This document shows, piece by piece, positions 1-10,443 of a stretch of 64,000 bases of DNA. Where the stretch lies: contig CDMY01000308.1 in NCBI GenBank assembly GCA_001179505.1, positions 1 to 64,000 on the forward strand. Reading direction: 5' to 3'. Under the pieces are notes generated by a model. That model searched no databases, was not told the DNA's origin, and saw only the letters and a list, made by a program, of their open reading frames with translations. A program made the position numbers and the translations under genes. The DNA comes from Vitrella brassicaformis CCMP3155 (Eukaryota; Protista; Chromerida). Each line of letters opens with the position of its first letter. The first letter of the stretch is position 1.

Positions 1-314
1 AGAGAGGAGAAGAGAAGGAAAGACAAGGAAAGCATTCTGAGGAGACACGATCTTATCAGCCATCACCGAAGTGAGATCTGTGTTGACCACCCTTCATGAT
101 GCCATACATGGACAGAAACAACTTTGACTGACTGGCCAGTCCATCGGTCTTATTAAAGTAAAAGCACTCTTACTCTGGGACTTACCGCCCAGCAGATCCT
201 CTATTCAGCTAACTGCAGGAAAGGTCCTCACCGGCCTTTTTCGCACACTACCCCCTCTTGGGGGCTTCCCGGGGAAAAAGTGCGAGCTTGTAAGAGATCA
301 GTGAAAGCACTTGT

Positions 315-3300
315 ATGCGACGGCTCCGCTTGCTGTGCACGGTGCTGCTGGTGAGCTGTCCGTGTATCCTCCTGTTGTGGATCTCCACTCACGGCGGACT
401 CAGAAGCTACATCATCCGCCCCATCGACACAGGAGATCATAAGGAGCCAGACAGACCAGGTAAGGTACTCGCACAAACAGGGACAAACAAACAACGCACC
501 GCCATGGTACCCACTGCTTTTATGTGTTCTTGTGTTGCAGATCTGCTCGCGCAAGATGCCCTTCACTTCAGAGGAATGGAGGCTGCCGCTGGCGGCCTCT
601 GTCGCATCAAGCTTCGCTTCCGATTTCAGCACGTGCAAGGCTATGTACTGGTGTCCATCATCGATCCCAACACGACGCACATCGAGTTCGGCAAGGGCAG
701 CTCTGGGCCGTCGGTCGAGGCGCCAATCGAAGCCAGCCCGATGCTATTCGAGCGCAACTTCACTGCCTCACTCATTCACAAGAACGACTGCGCCGTCAGC
801 AGCACGGACAGGTCCATACAGGGAGGGGGCATCAGAGTGCGGGAGAGCGGTGGATGTCTGGAGGTCCATCGATTTGGCAAGAGGGTCACCGAGCTATGTG
901 CAGACGGCTGGGCAGCAGCAGCGACGGAGAAGGGCGGGCTCACAGGTGTCAGGGTGGATGCCGGCGCCTTCAGCCACGCGTATGGTGTGGGGCAGCAGCT
1001 TATGCGAGCAGGGAAGGCTGACGGCGACTGGGTCAAATGGGGCCGATTCGGGTCTGCCGATGAGTTTGGCAATGAGATGAGGAACAACCCTGGCACAGAC
1101 GGAGATACCACGCGAGAGACGACTGGTGAGTGAGGGGATGATTGAGGGGAGGGAAGAGTGTGCTGTGGGTGCATTGAGGCTGTGTTATGTTGTGTGGTGG
1201 TTGAGGTGTGTAGGCAAAGGGGGAATGCTGCAATTCCCATTCCTCTTGGCTCTGCCCAAACCCGGGCACAAGTCTTTCCTCGGCCTTCTACTCGACAACA
1301 CTTACAAACAGTAAGCACATGCACAACGCGCCGGCACACGGTCCAACTCGTGTGTTGATCAATCAGATCATGGGATTTCTCATCGCCAGATTGGTGGACA
1401 ATCGCCACCCCCAACACGCCAGTGCACGTGCCGCATCGTTTGTTCGTCATAGTGGCTGAGCAACCCCTGGATGTGCGGTCGCGCTTCATGCGGCTGGTCG
1501 GCACACCGCCCGTCCCGCCCAGGAAGGCATTTGGACTGGTGAGTGAACATGAGATAGACGAGGGATCTCAAGTATGCACATGTGTGTGTGTGTTGTGTCG
1601 TGTGTCAGTGGATGAGTGAGTATGGATTTGAGTCGTGGGAAGAGGCCGATGCGGTGGTCAAGAGCGTCCGCGACGCTCACATGCCCATCGACGGCATCGT
1701 TCTCGGTAGGCCGGCAGCCCACACGACCGGCACACACGAGGCCGTCCGCATATGTGTCTGTCCACGTGTATCAATCAGATCTTTCTTGGTTCGGGGGCAT
1801 CCGCTCGGGGAGCCCCCAATCGTCCATCGGCGCACTCGACTGGGACACACAGCGATTCCCGGAGCCTCGAGAACACATCGAGGCATATCGCCGAGACGAT
1901 TTGGGTGTCATTGCGATTGAGGAGTCTTACGTGTCTGCGGGCACCCTCACCTACCGGCAGATGAGGGAACAGGGGTACCTTGCTGTCAACTGCAGCGACC
2001 GACACACGCCGATCTCACTGAGCGAGTGAGCAATCATGGATATGCATGGGGGAAATCCATAAGTGTTTGGACGTTCCTGTCTCTCTGTGTGTGTGTGTGT
2101 GTGTGTAAGGTGGTGGGGTGAGGGCTCGATGATAGATTGGACAAACGAGAAAGCGGCGAGGTGGGTGCATGACAACAGGCGATTCCCCAACATCATCAGA
2201 AACGGCGTTCTTGGCCACTGGACGGACCTCGGCGAGCCCTCCAACTACGACAGAATCGCCTGCTACCACGGGGGAAAGCGACACGCAGACGTTCACAACC
2301 TGTAAGCACTCCGACAACCATCCATCCCTCTCTCTCTCTCTATTGTGTCTCTGTCTTTGTGTGTGTGCATCACATAGGTACAACTTCCTATGGCTGCAGA
2401 GTATCTATGAAGGCTATGTGCGCGACCACCGTGACAACAGGACCAGAACCGTCCAGCGGCCCTTCATGCTCTCCCGTGCAGGCACCCTCGGCATCCACCG
2501 GTTCGGTGCGGCCATGTGGAGCGGCGACATCGCCAGCAGGCTCGACGCGCTCGCCATGCACATGCAGGCACAAGCAAACATGGTACGGATGAATGGATGG
2601 ATGGATGGATGGTAGACCGCATGGCAAACACACCCGCCGTTTTTCGGCCATTTTCTGTGTGTGCAGGTGACAGTGGGTATCGACTATTACGGCACTGACA
2701 CAGGCGGCTTCAAGCGATGGTTTCTCCCGAACGACACGGCAACCGTTAAAGACGCCCGGCCGTCTGAGGATGAGATGTTTTCCAAGTGGCTGGCGGCGAG
2801 TGTGTGGTTTGACATCCCCCTGCGTGTGCACACGAGCAACATACGGCAGAACAAGTGTCCCAGTGGCCACAGCAGAAGGGGCTGCACGTACCGGATTTCG
2901 CCTGCAGAGATTGGATGGATCGACAGCAACAGGTAACAATGAGATGGACACATGTCTGTCTGTCTGTCTGTCTGTTCGTGCATTTGTGTGTGTGTGTGGT
3001 TAGGTTCAACATCCGCCAGAGGTATGAGCTGGTACCGTACTTCTACGCCCTTGCTCACCGGGCCTTTCAGCACGGCCTGCCCGTCATCGCGCCACTCTGG
3101 TAACTGGATGCGTTGGTTGACTGAATGACCTCCATGCGTGTGTGTTGGTGCACAGGTATTACTTCCCAGCTGACATGACGGTGCGCCTCATGGCTGGCAG
3201 CCAAAAGATGGTCGGCCCCGACATCATGGTGGCCTTCGCCGCCCGGCACGGCCAGACACACACCGACGTCTACCTCCCTGACCTCCCTCAAGCCGACTCG

Positions 3301-4063
3301 CACTGGCACAGCTACCACCACCCACACACGCCCTTTGCCGGCGGCCAGTGGCTGCGAAACGTCTCCCTGTTCCGTGCTGGAGATGGCGTGTACACCCTCC
3401 CTGCCTACGTGAGGAGCGGGGCGATTCTTCCCATGACGCTGGACCAACAGCAGGGAGGTGTGGGTGAGGGTGGGAGTGTGTCGCTGAGGGTGTTCGCCAG
3501 TCGAGAGGGATCGGAATTCGAGATGGTGGTGGCGGATGATGGGCGCTCTGTGGACCATTACGACACGGACACCAACCGCCCTGTCTATCGCACGTTCGCC
3601 ACACACAAAGAGCAGACGACCGACCTTTCATGTGTGTGTGTATGGCGCGTGTGGCGCGTGTCCATTGCATTGCAGGTTGCGTGCAGTGGTGTCGCAGCGT
3701 TTCGACGGCCCAACAGGAGGAGACGGCACTGTCGGCCAGATCACCATCACACCCGCCACAGCTGACCGACACGCAGCACAAGACGCCACCACCACCCCAA
3801 TGCACATTGAGGTAGTGATTGCGGGCCTCAACAGCACGGCCGCCGGAGCTCGTGTCACTGGTGTGCACCTGATGGGACAAGACAGCAGGTTTGATGCGCT
3901 TGGCGAGCGGACAACAGACAGGCAGCACAGTGCAGAAGAGCTAGGGGGGTGGTGGGAATGGGACGCCGGGAGGGGCGTGCTGACCATTGTCAGTCCGCCT
4001 GTCAGTTTTCGGATGCGCAAGGTGTTCCGTGTGCTGGGGGATGATGGTGTGGGCGGTGGGTGA
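315..4063 (+). CDS. Glycoside hydrolase family 31 (alpha-glucosidase/alpha-transglucosylase), multi-exon, with N-terminal signal anchor
   Basis: Spliced exons give the GH31 nucleophile motif HWTDLGEP (~2216-2239), the acid/base motif MWSGDIAS (~2514-2537), and typical GH31 segments (RPFMLSRAG, GIDYYGTDTGGF, RQRYELVPYFY, DVYLP). First intron 460-540 is in frame (phase 1). The N-terminus MRRLRLLCTVLLVSCPCILLLW is hydrophobic. Stop TGA at 4061-4063. Confidence 0.9.
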
Positions 4064-4215
4064 GGGGGGGAGGGATTGTGTGTGGGGGTGTAGAGCATGT
4101 GATGTGTGTCGGACGGACTCTTTGGTTTGTCCGTCTAAGTACCTTAAGGCCTTAAGGCCTTCCATGTCAGTACGAAAACTGAAAAGGCCGCCGGCCGGTC
4201 GATCGGTCTCTCTGT
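4037..4215 (+). repeat. Direct repeat copy 1 (~160-180 bp), partner at 6270-6425
   Basis: Shares GGGCGGTGGGTGAGGGGGG...GGGGGTGTA(G/A)AGCATG...TGTGTCGGAC...TTGGTTTGTCC...GTACCTTAAGGCCTTCCATGT...AAGGCCGCC...TCGGTCTC with the second copy. This copy has an extra TTAAGGCCT unit and includes the GH31 stop codon. Confidence 0.85.
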
Positions 4216-4720
4216 TTGTTTCTTTGTTGCCTCCACTCGATAGACACACACACACACACGCATTCACACACTGCACACGCAGGCCCTCCCTGTTCGTTGA
4301 CACGAGCACACGGTGTGAGAGTGTCTGTCTGTCTGCCACGCACTGCTGCACACCAACCGCATTCACCAAATTCGCAAGCGCTACGCATTAAGTAGGGTTT
4401 AGATCAGCACGTTAGCCGCCGCCCGGCCCCCGTGCAATGGGAAAAGGCCTTCGGAGGCGATCGGTAAAATGCGAGCTTAGAAGTGAGGAGGGGAAAGGCC
4501 AACAGCACCAAACGGATAGATCAGCAGCAGAGAGGCCCGCAGGAAGGCCACACAGGCAGCCAGGAGCAGCCAGAAGGTCAGAAGGTGCCACAGTGGTGAT
4601 TTCTGCTTTCAGAATCGATTTCCGGTGAGTGAGGAGCGTACGTGGAATTTTGAGGTGTCTGCTTGTCTGTCTGTCAGGTCCTTGAGCCACTCACGGCGGC
4701 AAAGCGAGATCCATCCTGAG

Positions 4721-5488
4721 ATGGCCACTCAGGGCGAGGGCGTTCGCGTGATGCTTGGCAACAAGCATCTCTTCATCAACTCCGAATGGCTCGAGGCCAC
4801 GTGCACCATTGAGCGCAAGGGCAAGGGCGAGACTGAGCTGGAGAAGATCTTCAACAGCGGTGCGAGGGACTTGAGAGGGAGAACCTGGTACGTGAGGACA
4901 CGCAGACAGACAGACAGGCAGGCAGACACGCAGGCGAGCAGATGTCCGTCGGTCAGCCAATGGCGTTTGTGTCCTGTTCGCTCATTCAGGGAATCTGTCA
5001 GGAATGACCCCGATTCATTTCTGGAGCTTAGCTGGACTGGCGAAGATAAAGAGACCACCTACTTCCGCCAATACTACAGGTACGCCAGAAGGGAGAGCGG
5101 GAGGGAAGGGGATGAACAGGAAGGCGAACAGGTGCACGCCGTGGGCCAGCCAGTGTGGGAACGACACACACATGCTGTCTCTCCTTGTCTGTCCCACAGC
5201 AAGGGCACCCCAGTGAGAATCACGGCCGGGACCGGCAAGTACTACATGAAATCGGTGTTTGACGCCGCCGGCATCAAGCTCGACGAGTGGGATTTCGTCA
5301 CCTATGATGGAGTGGACCCAGAGTACGTTCAACGGTGGCTGTCACCCCATGCATCAATGGCTTACTCCTGTGTGTGTTGCTTGAATCGTTTGTGTCTTCC
5401 TTCCAGCCCCTCACCGATTTTATTCTTCATGAGGTCGAAGGAGCGGCTGCAGCAGTGGTGGAGATCTCGTCCAGCGAGCTCGGCATGA
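4721..5488 (+). CDS. Hypothetical protein (~155 aa, 4 exons)
   Basis: ATG at 4721. Three GT-AG introns (4888-4989, 5080-5199, 5323-5406) all keep frame: MATQGEGVRVMLGNKHLF...W|ESVRNDPDSF...YY|SKGTPVRITAG...D|PSPILFF...SA*. No family recognised. Confidence 0.6.
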   Translation: MATQGEGVRVMLGNKHLFINSEWLEATCTIERKGKGETELEKIFNSGARDLRGRTWYVRTRRQTDRQADTQASRCPSVSQWRLCPVRSFRESVRNDPDSFLELSWTGEDKETTYFRQYYRYARRESGREGDEQEGEQVHAVGQPVWERHTHAVSPCLSHSKGTPVRITAGTGKYYMKSVFDAAGIKLDEWDFVTYDGVDPEYVQRWLSPHASMAYSCVCCLNRLCLPSSPSPILFFMRSKERLQQWWRSRPASSA

Positions 5489-5870
5489 CGCCTCCTGATG
5501 GGGACCCCAACAATCAGCGGATGGACATCCGCTCCGCCTGGCGACTCTACCGTCCCACCGGCGGATCCGCGACTGTATGGATTGACGGTGCGAGCGGTGC
5601 CGGGCTCCGTCTTTGTCCCTCTCGCTGTCGAGACCTGTGGCCGATGGGGACACAAGTTGGCTCGCTGCCCGCTTCCCGTGGTGAGGAGGATCGGGCGTCG
5701 TTTTATGCGTCCTGTGTGAGCGCCTGTTTGTCGCCCTCGCCCAGTGGAACGCATCTCAGCTCTCCTATCGGGTCCACTATGCGGCGGGGGCGCAGGTCCA
5801 GCAGCGGCAAGTGCCTGTCCTGAGGATGTCATCTCTCGCGGCCCCCTATTGCCCGCATTCCCTATTGCCA
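5410..5870 (+). mobile_element. Degenerate 3' fragment of a non-LTR retrotransposon with a restriction-like endonuclease (RLE; CRE-like clade)
   Basis: RLE C-terminal motifs occur in the expected order across three frames: QRMDI...VWID (5515-5586), VFVPLAVETCGRWG (5609-5650) and ERLFVALAQWNA (5718-5753, cf. QRxSVALQRGNA). Frameshifts and an internal deletion indicate decay. Confidence 0.65.
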
Positions 5871-6269
5871 TAGGTCTCAGCGGCTGCAGCTTTCGTGGTG
5901 AAGATCTCGTCCAGCAAGCGACACGACATCGGCTTGAGGGTCACCGGCAGGCACCCACAATACTGGGTCTTCTCTTGTCTCCCCCGGGATGGCGTCAGAT
6001 GGCTCACCCGCAGTGCGCGTCGCTGTCAACGGACAGCCGGAGACGGAGCTGCAGCGGCCTCTCCTACCGCAGCGGGACACGCAAGGCTAGGAATGAGAGA
6101 GGGAGAGGGGAGGTGTAGGATATGCAAGGGAAGATGTAGAATACAGTCGGTGGTGTTCTTGATGTATATATATGCATTTTTGTTTTATTTGTACAGCCGA
6201 TTTATTTGTACCGACGGTATCGTCAGAAAGTAGCTGACGGTCAACGCATTCACCGTTAACGATTGGATT

Positions 6270-6425
6270 GGGGGATGGTGCGGGCGGTGGGTGAGGGGGG
6301 GAGGGAGGGACTGTGCGTGGGGGTGTAAAGCATGTGTGTCGGACTGACTCGTTGGTTTGTCCAGGTACCTTAAGGCCTTCCATGTATTTACAAAAAATGA
6401 GAAGGCCGCCTGTCGGTCTCTTCGC
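6270..6425 (+). repeat. Direct repeat copy 2, partner at 4037-4215
   Basis: Visual alignment with 4037-4215, same orientation. Confidence 0.85.
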
Positions 6426-7605
6426 TTGTGGCATCGGTAGACACATACACACACGCACACACACGCGCATTCACATACACACACATACACGTGCAATCAT
6501 GCAGGCAAGCAGGCAGGCAGGCAGGCAGCACCAGTGTCTGTCTGTCATCGCTGTGCAGACCTTCTTCCATGCACACACACGCCCATCCATCCAGACTAGC
6601 TGGCAGACCGCCATGAGTCCCTGGGAGAGAGGGAGGGGGGGAGGGAGGGGCATGCACGACACGCGCTTTGGTGCTCTGCTCTTCCTGTCTGTCTGTCTCT
6701 GGTTTATTCTACGCATAACACCACATAGCTTACAGTACATAAAGGGCTGGTGTAATTGCTATCGACACGCACAGAGAGAGAGAGAGAGAGGATGAGAACA
6801 TTCTCAAAAAGCAGGCAGGGCGTCATCGATTCCAGCCAATCCCACCCCACCCCAGCAGCCGTCCGTCCCTTCCTGTCTGTCCTTTCGATCTGTACATGCC
6901 AGCTGGCTGGCCACTATATGCGTGTGTGACGTGTTGTTTGTGCTGCCTGCAGCGCCGCGCACACCGGTAGGTTGGTATTGCCGCTGAGTGAGTGAGATTA
7001 CAAATACCAACATATGGCACGCACAAGTACATTTGTACACTACACGCAGTCGATGAGACGCTATCGACATTACCCCACCTCTAGGCCCCTCTCCCTGCTG
7101 TTCAAAACCTCCCGGAACCCGCGCGCGACCGAACAAATGAATGGAACGTTAGCGAGCATCATGCAAGCAAGCCACACACACGCGCACACACAATCACTCA
7201 CTCACTCATTCACTGTGTCAACAGCTACCAGGCACCCATTAAGACGAGACAGCCACCCCCCATGTGCATGTGCATCTGTGGATGTTCGTGTGGACATATC
7301 CAGGGGAAGAAGAAGACACGTGTGTCAACAGGAGAGAGACACACAAACACTTGGGTGGGCAAGGGGGGTGGACAGAAAGGTGCGGCGAGAGGGGTGGGTG
7401 CAATCAATCCATCCATCCATCCGTCCATGGACACATCAGCCAGCCTTTCAGGCAGGCCCTCAGGCAGACACTCAGGCAGACTACACTCATCTCACTCACG
7501 CACCCACTTCCAAGCTAATCGACCGGCCAATAAGCGTGTGTGCTGTGTGATGTGGAATGTGGTGTTGGTGGCGGGGCGTTCGTGCGATTGCAGCCGCTTC
7601 TTTCT

Positions 7606-9857
7606 TCACACATTCAGAAAATTAAACTTCAGCAGATCGACCACATCACTCAGTGGCACACAGCACACGGGCATCCACAGATGTCGGGGAGAGGCGGCAG
7701 GAGGCAATAAAGCATCAGACAGACATAGCAGCAGCCAGCAGTCACAAGCAGCAGCAGCAGCAGCAGCATCCATCAATACACCATCCAAGCAAAACACGCA
7801 CACAGAGACAGAGAAGAGAGTGTCCCTCCCCATCCGCCATCCATATCGACACATGCCCCCACCCCCACCCCCTATTGACGTGTGGTCTCGCCATTGGTCG
7901 CCGCCTGCGCATATCCCTCCACCATTTCGGCGGCAATGTCAGCGGCAGATGCGCCCTTGCCGGTCTTGCCGGGCTTCCCAGGCAGCTTCGTCTTCTTGGG
8001 GCCTTTCTTCTTCTTGGATGGGCCGCCCTTGCCCGGACCTGATGCACACACAACACACGCGCAGAAAGAGACGGAGAGAAGAATGGTGCAAATGGGTGGG
8101 TGCATGGCTGTGTGTGGGTGCTTGTGTACGTGTCTTATCGTCCTCATCGGTGGGTATCTCCACTGCACACACACAGACACACACACAGACACACACATGG
8201 ATGGATGAGGGAGGACACACACCGTTGTCTTGTCCCTCCTCCCTGCCGAAGGTACCGATCTCGTCGGGCAGTTTCTTCTCGACAGCCTTCTTGGGTTTGT
8301 GTGTGTCGCCTCGCTCGGAGAGGACGAGAGCCAGGTGTCCCGGCTCGGTGATGAACACATTGGACGCGTTGAACTGGGCGTGGTTTAGCGAGTAGGTGTG
8401 CTTGGCCACCTCCCACCGCTTCCGATTCACACCCGGGCCGTCAAAGTCCTCTTGCCAATGGAACACAAACGAGCCTGCACCAGACGCCACCACACACACA
8501 CAGATGTCCGTCCCTCGTTTCTCTCCTCCCTTCGTCAAGGCGTACTCGTCTCGTTGTCGTAGGTGTAGGTGCGTATCCAGTCATAGTAAGGCCCCGCTGG
8601 CAATGCGGCCTTGCTCGTGTCGTCGAAGATGCCTGCCCAGTATTCTGCCCACGGCGAGACGGCCGGGTGCGGCTCAAGCGGCCAGTGGGACGCCCGCAGG
8701 TTCATCGGCTCATTGAGGGCGTTGACCTGCGGATTGCACTTGGAGTTGGGCGGCTTCCCCCAGGCAGGACACGCCGTCTCACGTCGGATCTGGAAGCCGT
8801 CGATGAACCTGACTCAACAAACCACACACACACACACACGACGGTGAGGAAAAGGCCGCTTGTGCATTGGTCCATCTATCCATCAATCTACTCACTCACC
8901 AGGCAATGTAGGCAGGCGTCCACTCGATGGTGAAGATGTGGAAGCGCCCCCTCACATAAGTGCCCTGCACGGCCTTGGGGATCTCTGGTGCAGGGAAGAA
9001 CTCCTCAGCCAGCATGCGCTCCTCAGGTGTGCCCGTGATGAGGTTTGTCTGGATCGGCGCGAAGGGGTGCGCCCCGCCCCCGTGGACCTCGAAGTCGATC
9101 TCCGCCCAGTTCTCGCCAGCGATCTTGTCGCTCTCATTCTTGTAGAGGAAGAACGTGGCCAGCGTGCCGTTGTGGTAGATGTTGGGGTACATCCGCGTCT
9201 CGAACCGGCCGTAAAGGAAGAGCTCGTGCGAGGCCACCTCGCCGGACGCATAGTCCCTTCCGCACTCGCCAGTGCAGGTGCCCTCACCCCCAGGCAATGT
9301 GCAGTGGCAGGTCGGCAGCAGTGGGGGAGGGGCAGGCGGGCCGTTCGCGGCCTGGGTGTCCTGCGCGGGCTCTTTTTCTTCTTCTTCTGCTGCTGCTGGC
9401 GGCTGCTCTGCCTCTGCCTCATTGGCCAGTACAACATCGTCATCCTGGACGACCTCATTGATGTCTTCAATGTCGCCGGGGATAGGGTTGATCTGCTCGG
9501 TGTTGACTTCGGTGCTGTCTTGTTTTTGCTGCTGCTGCTGCTTCTGCTCGTCATCAGCCACACTCCCATGGGCCTCCTGTTTGCTGGCTGCACCGCCCGA
9601 GGGCTTGAAGTCGATTTCTGCCTTTGGGTTCTTCAGAAGCGCCTCAAACAGCTCCTTCTTGCTCGTCACCGTGGCCACTGGAGCACGCAACTGACGCTCA
9701 CGCCCACCTGCTGCGGACCTGAACACACACACACACACACGGAGAGAGGCTCAAAACCACCGCGACCCACTGGTGCGATTGGTGACCTGCTGAGGTGGTC
9801 TGCAGCCTGTGCGAGCCCCCCCAGGGCGAGGAGTGCGATCACAGCGACGGTCTTCAT
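7606..9857 (-). CDS. Secreted GH16 beta-glucanase (lichenase-like), circularly permuted Fibrobacter-type domain order
   Basis: Signal peptide MKTVAVIALLALGGLAQA (ATG 9857). Core reads DYASGEV...YGRFETRM...TFFLY...WAEIDFEVHG (catalytic ExDxE)...FHIFTIEWTPAYIAW|FIDG...W...YYDWIRTY, followed by FVFHWQEDFDG...RW...NV...GHLALVL, which normally lies at the N-terminus of GH16. Lys-rich tail. The 3'-most exon is less certain. Confidence 0.85.
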
Positions 9858-10443
9858 CGCTGCCACCTCCCGCCGAAACGAAAAATGCCCTGTCCTTCTC
9901 CCTTTGTCTGCGCCTCGACCTGCCTCGTTGCCAGCTGCCGCTCTCGTCGTCGGGCTGACTGACTTTTGCAGCCGCGCCCTGCCTGCCTCGACAGCTGACA
10001 AACTTTGCTGGTGGGATCTCTTCCGGCGGTTGCAACCGAAGCTTCCAACGGCTGCTGAAATAGTGGGCTGGAGCGTGCTGTTATCTTTTCTCCGAGCGAC
10101 AGCACAACCAGCCATCCATGCGGACAGCACAGACATCACACGCAGAGAGACAGGGACGGGACGTCTCGATAGCTGTCAACGTCGGGGGTGTTCGTTTTCA
10201 AGCGTCTTCGTTCATTCTCTCGATATGCGATATGAGTCTGTCCCACCCCACCCCCAGCCAGCCAACACCATTATCGCTTCATGCACCCATGCATCCATCA
10301 ACCAAGAGATTCTCCTCTCGAGCATCATCCCGCAAGACAGACAGACAGCCACAGAGACAGCCTGACAACTGACCCCACTCTCACAAGTAACCCGCCCCAC
10401 CCATCCGTTTCTCTCTGCTCCGCCCACCCACCCATCCAGTGAG

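Noticed and set aside
7262-8395. 377-aa plus-strand ORF
   Set aside because: Made of simple repeats and the antisense of the GH16 3' exons.
8860-10365. 501-aa plus-strand ORF (and similar long ORFs at 10534-11298, 53267-53824, 35834-36505)
   Set aside because: These are antisense or alternate-frame shadows of GC-rich coding exons. They have no family motifs and run through microsatellite introns.
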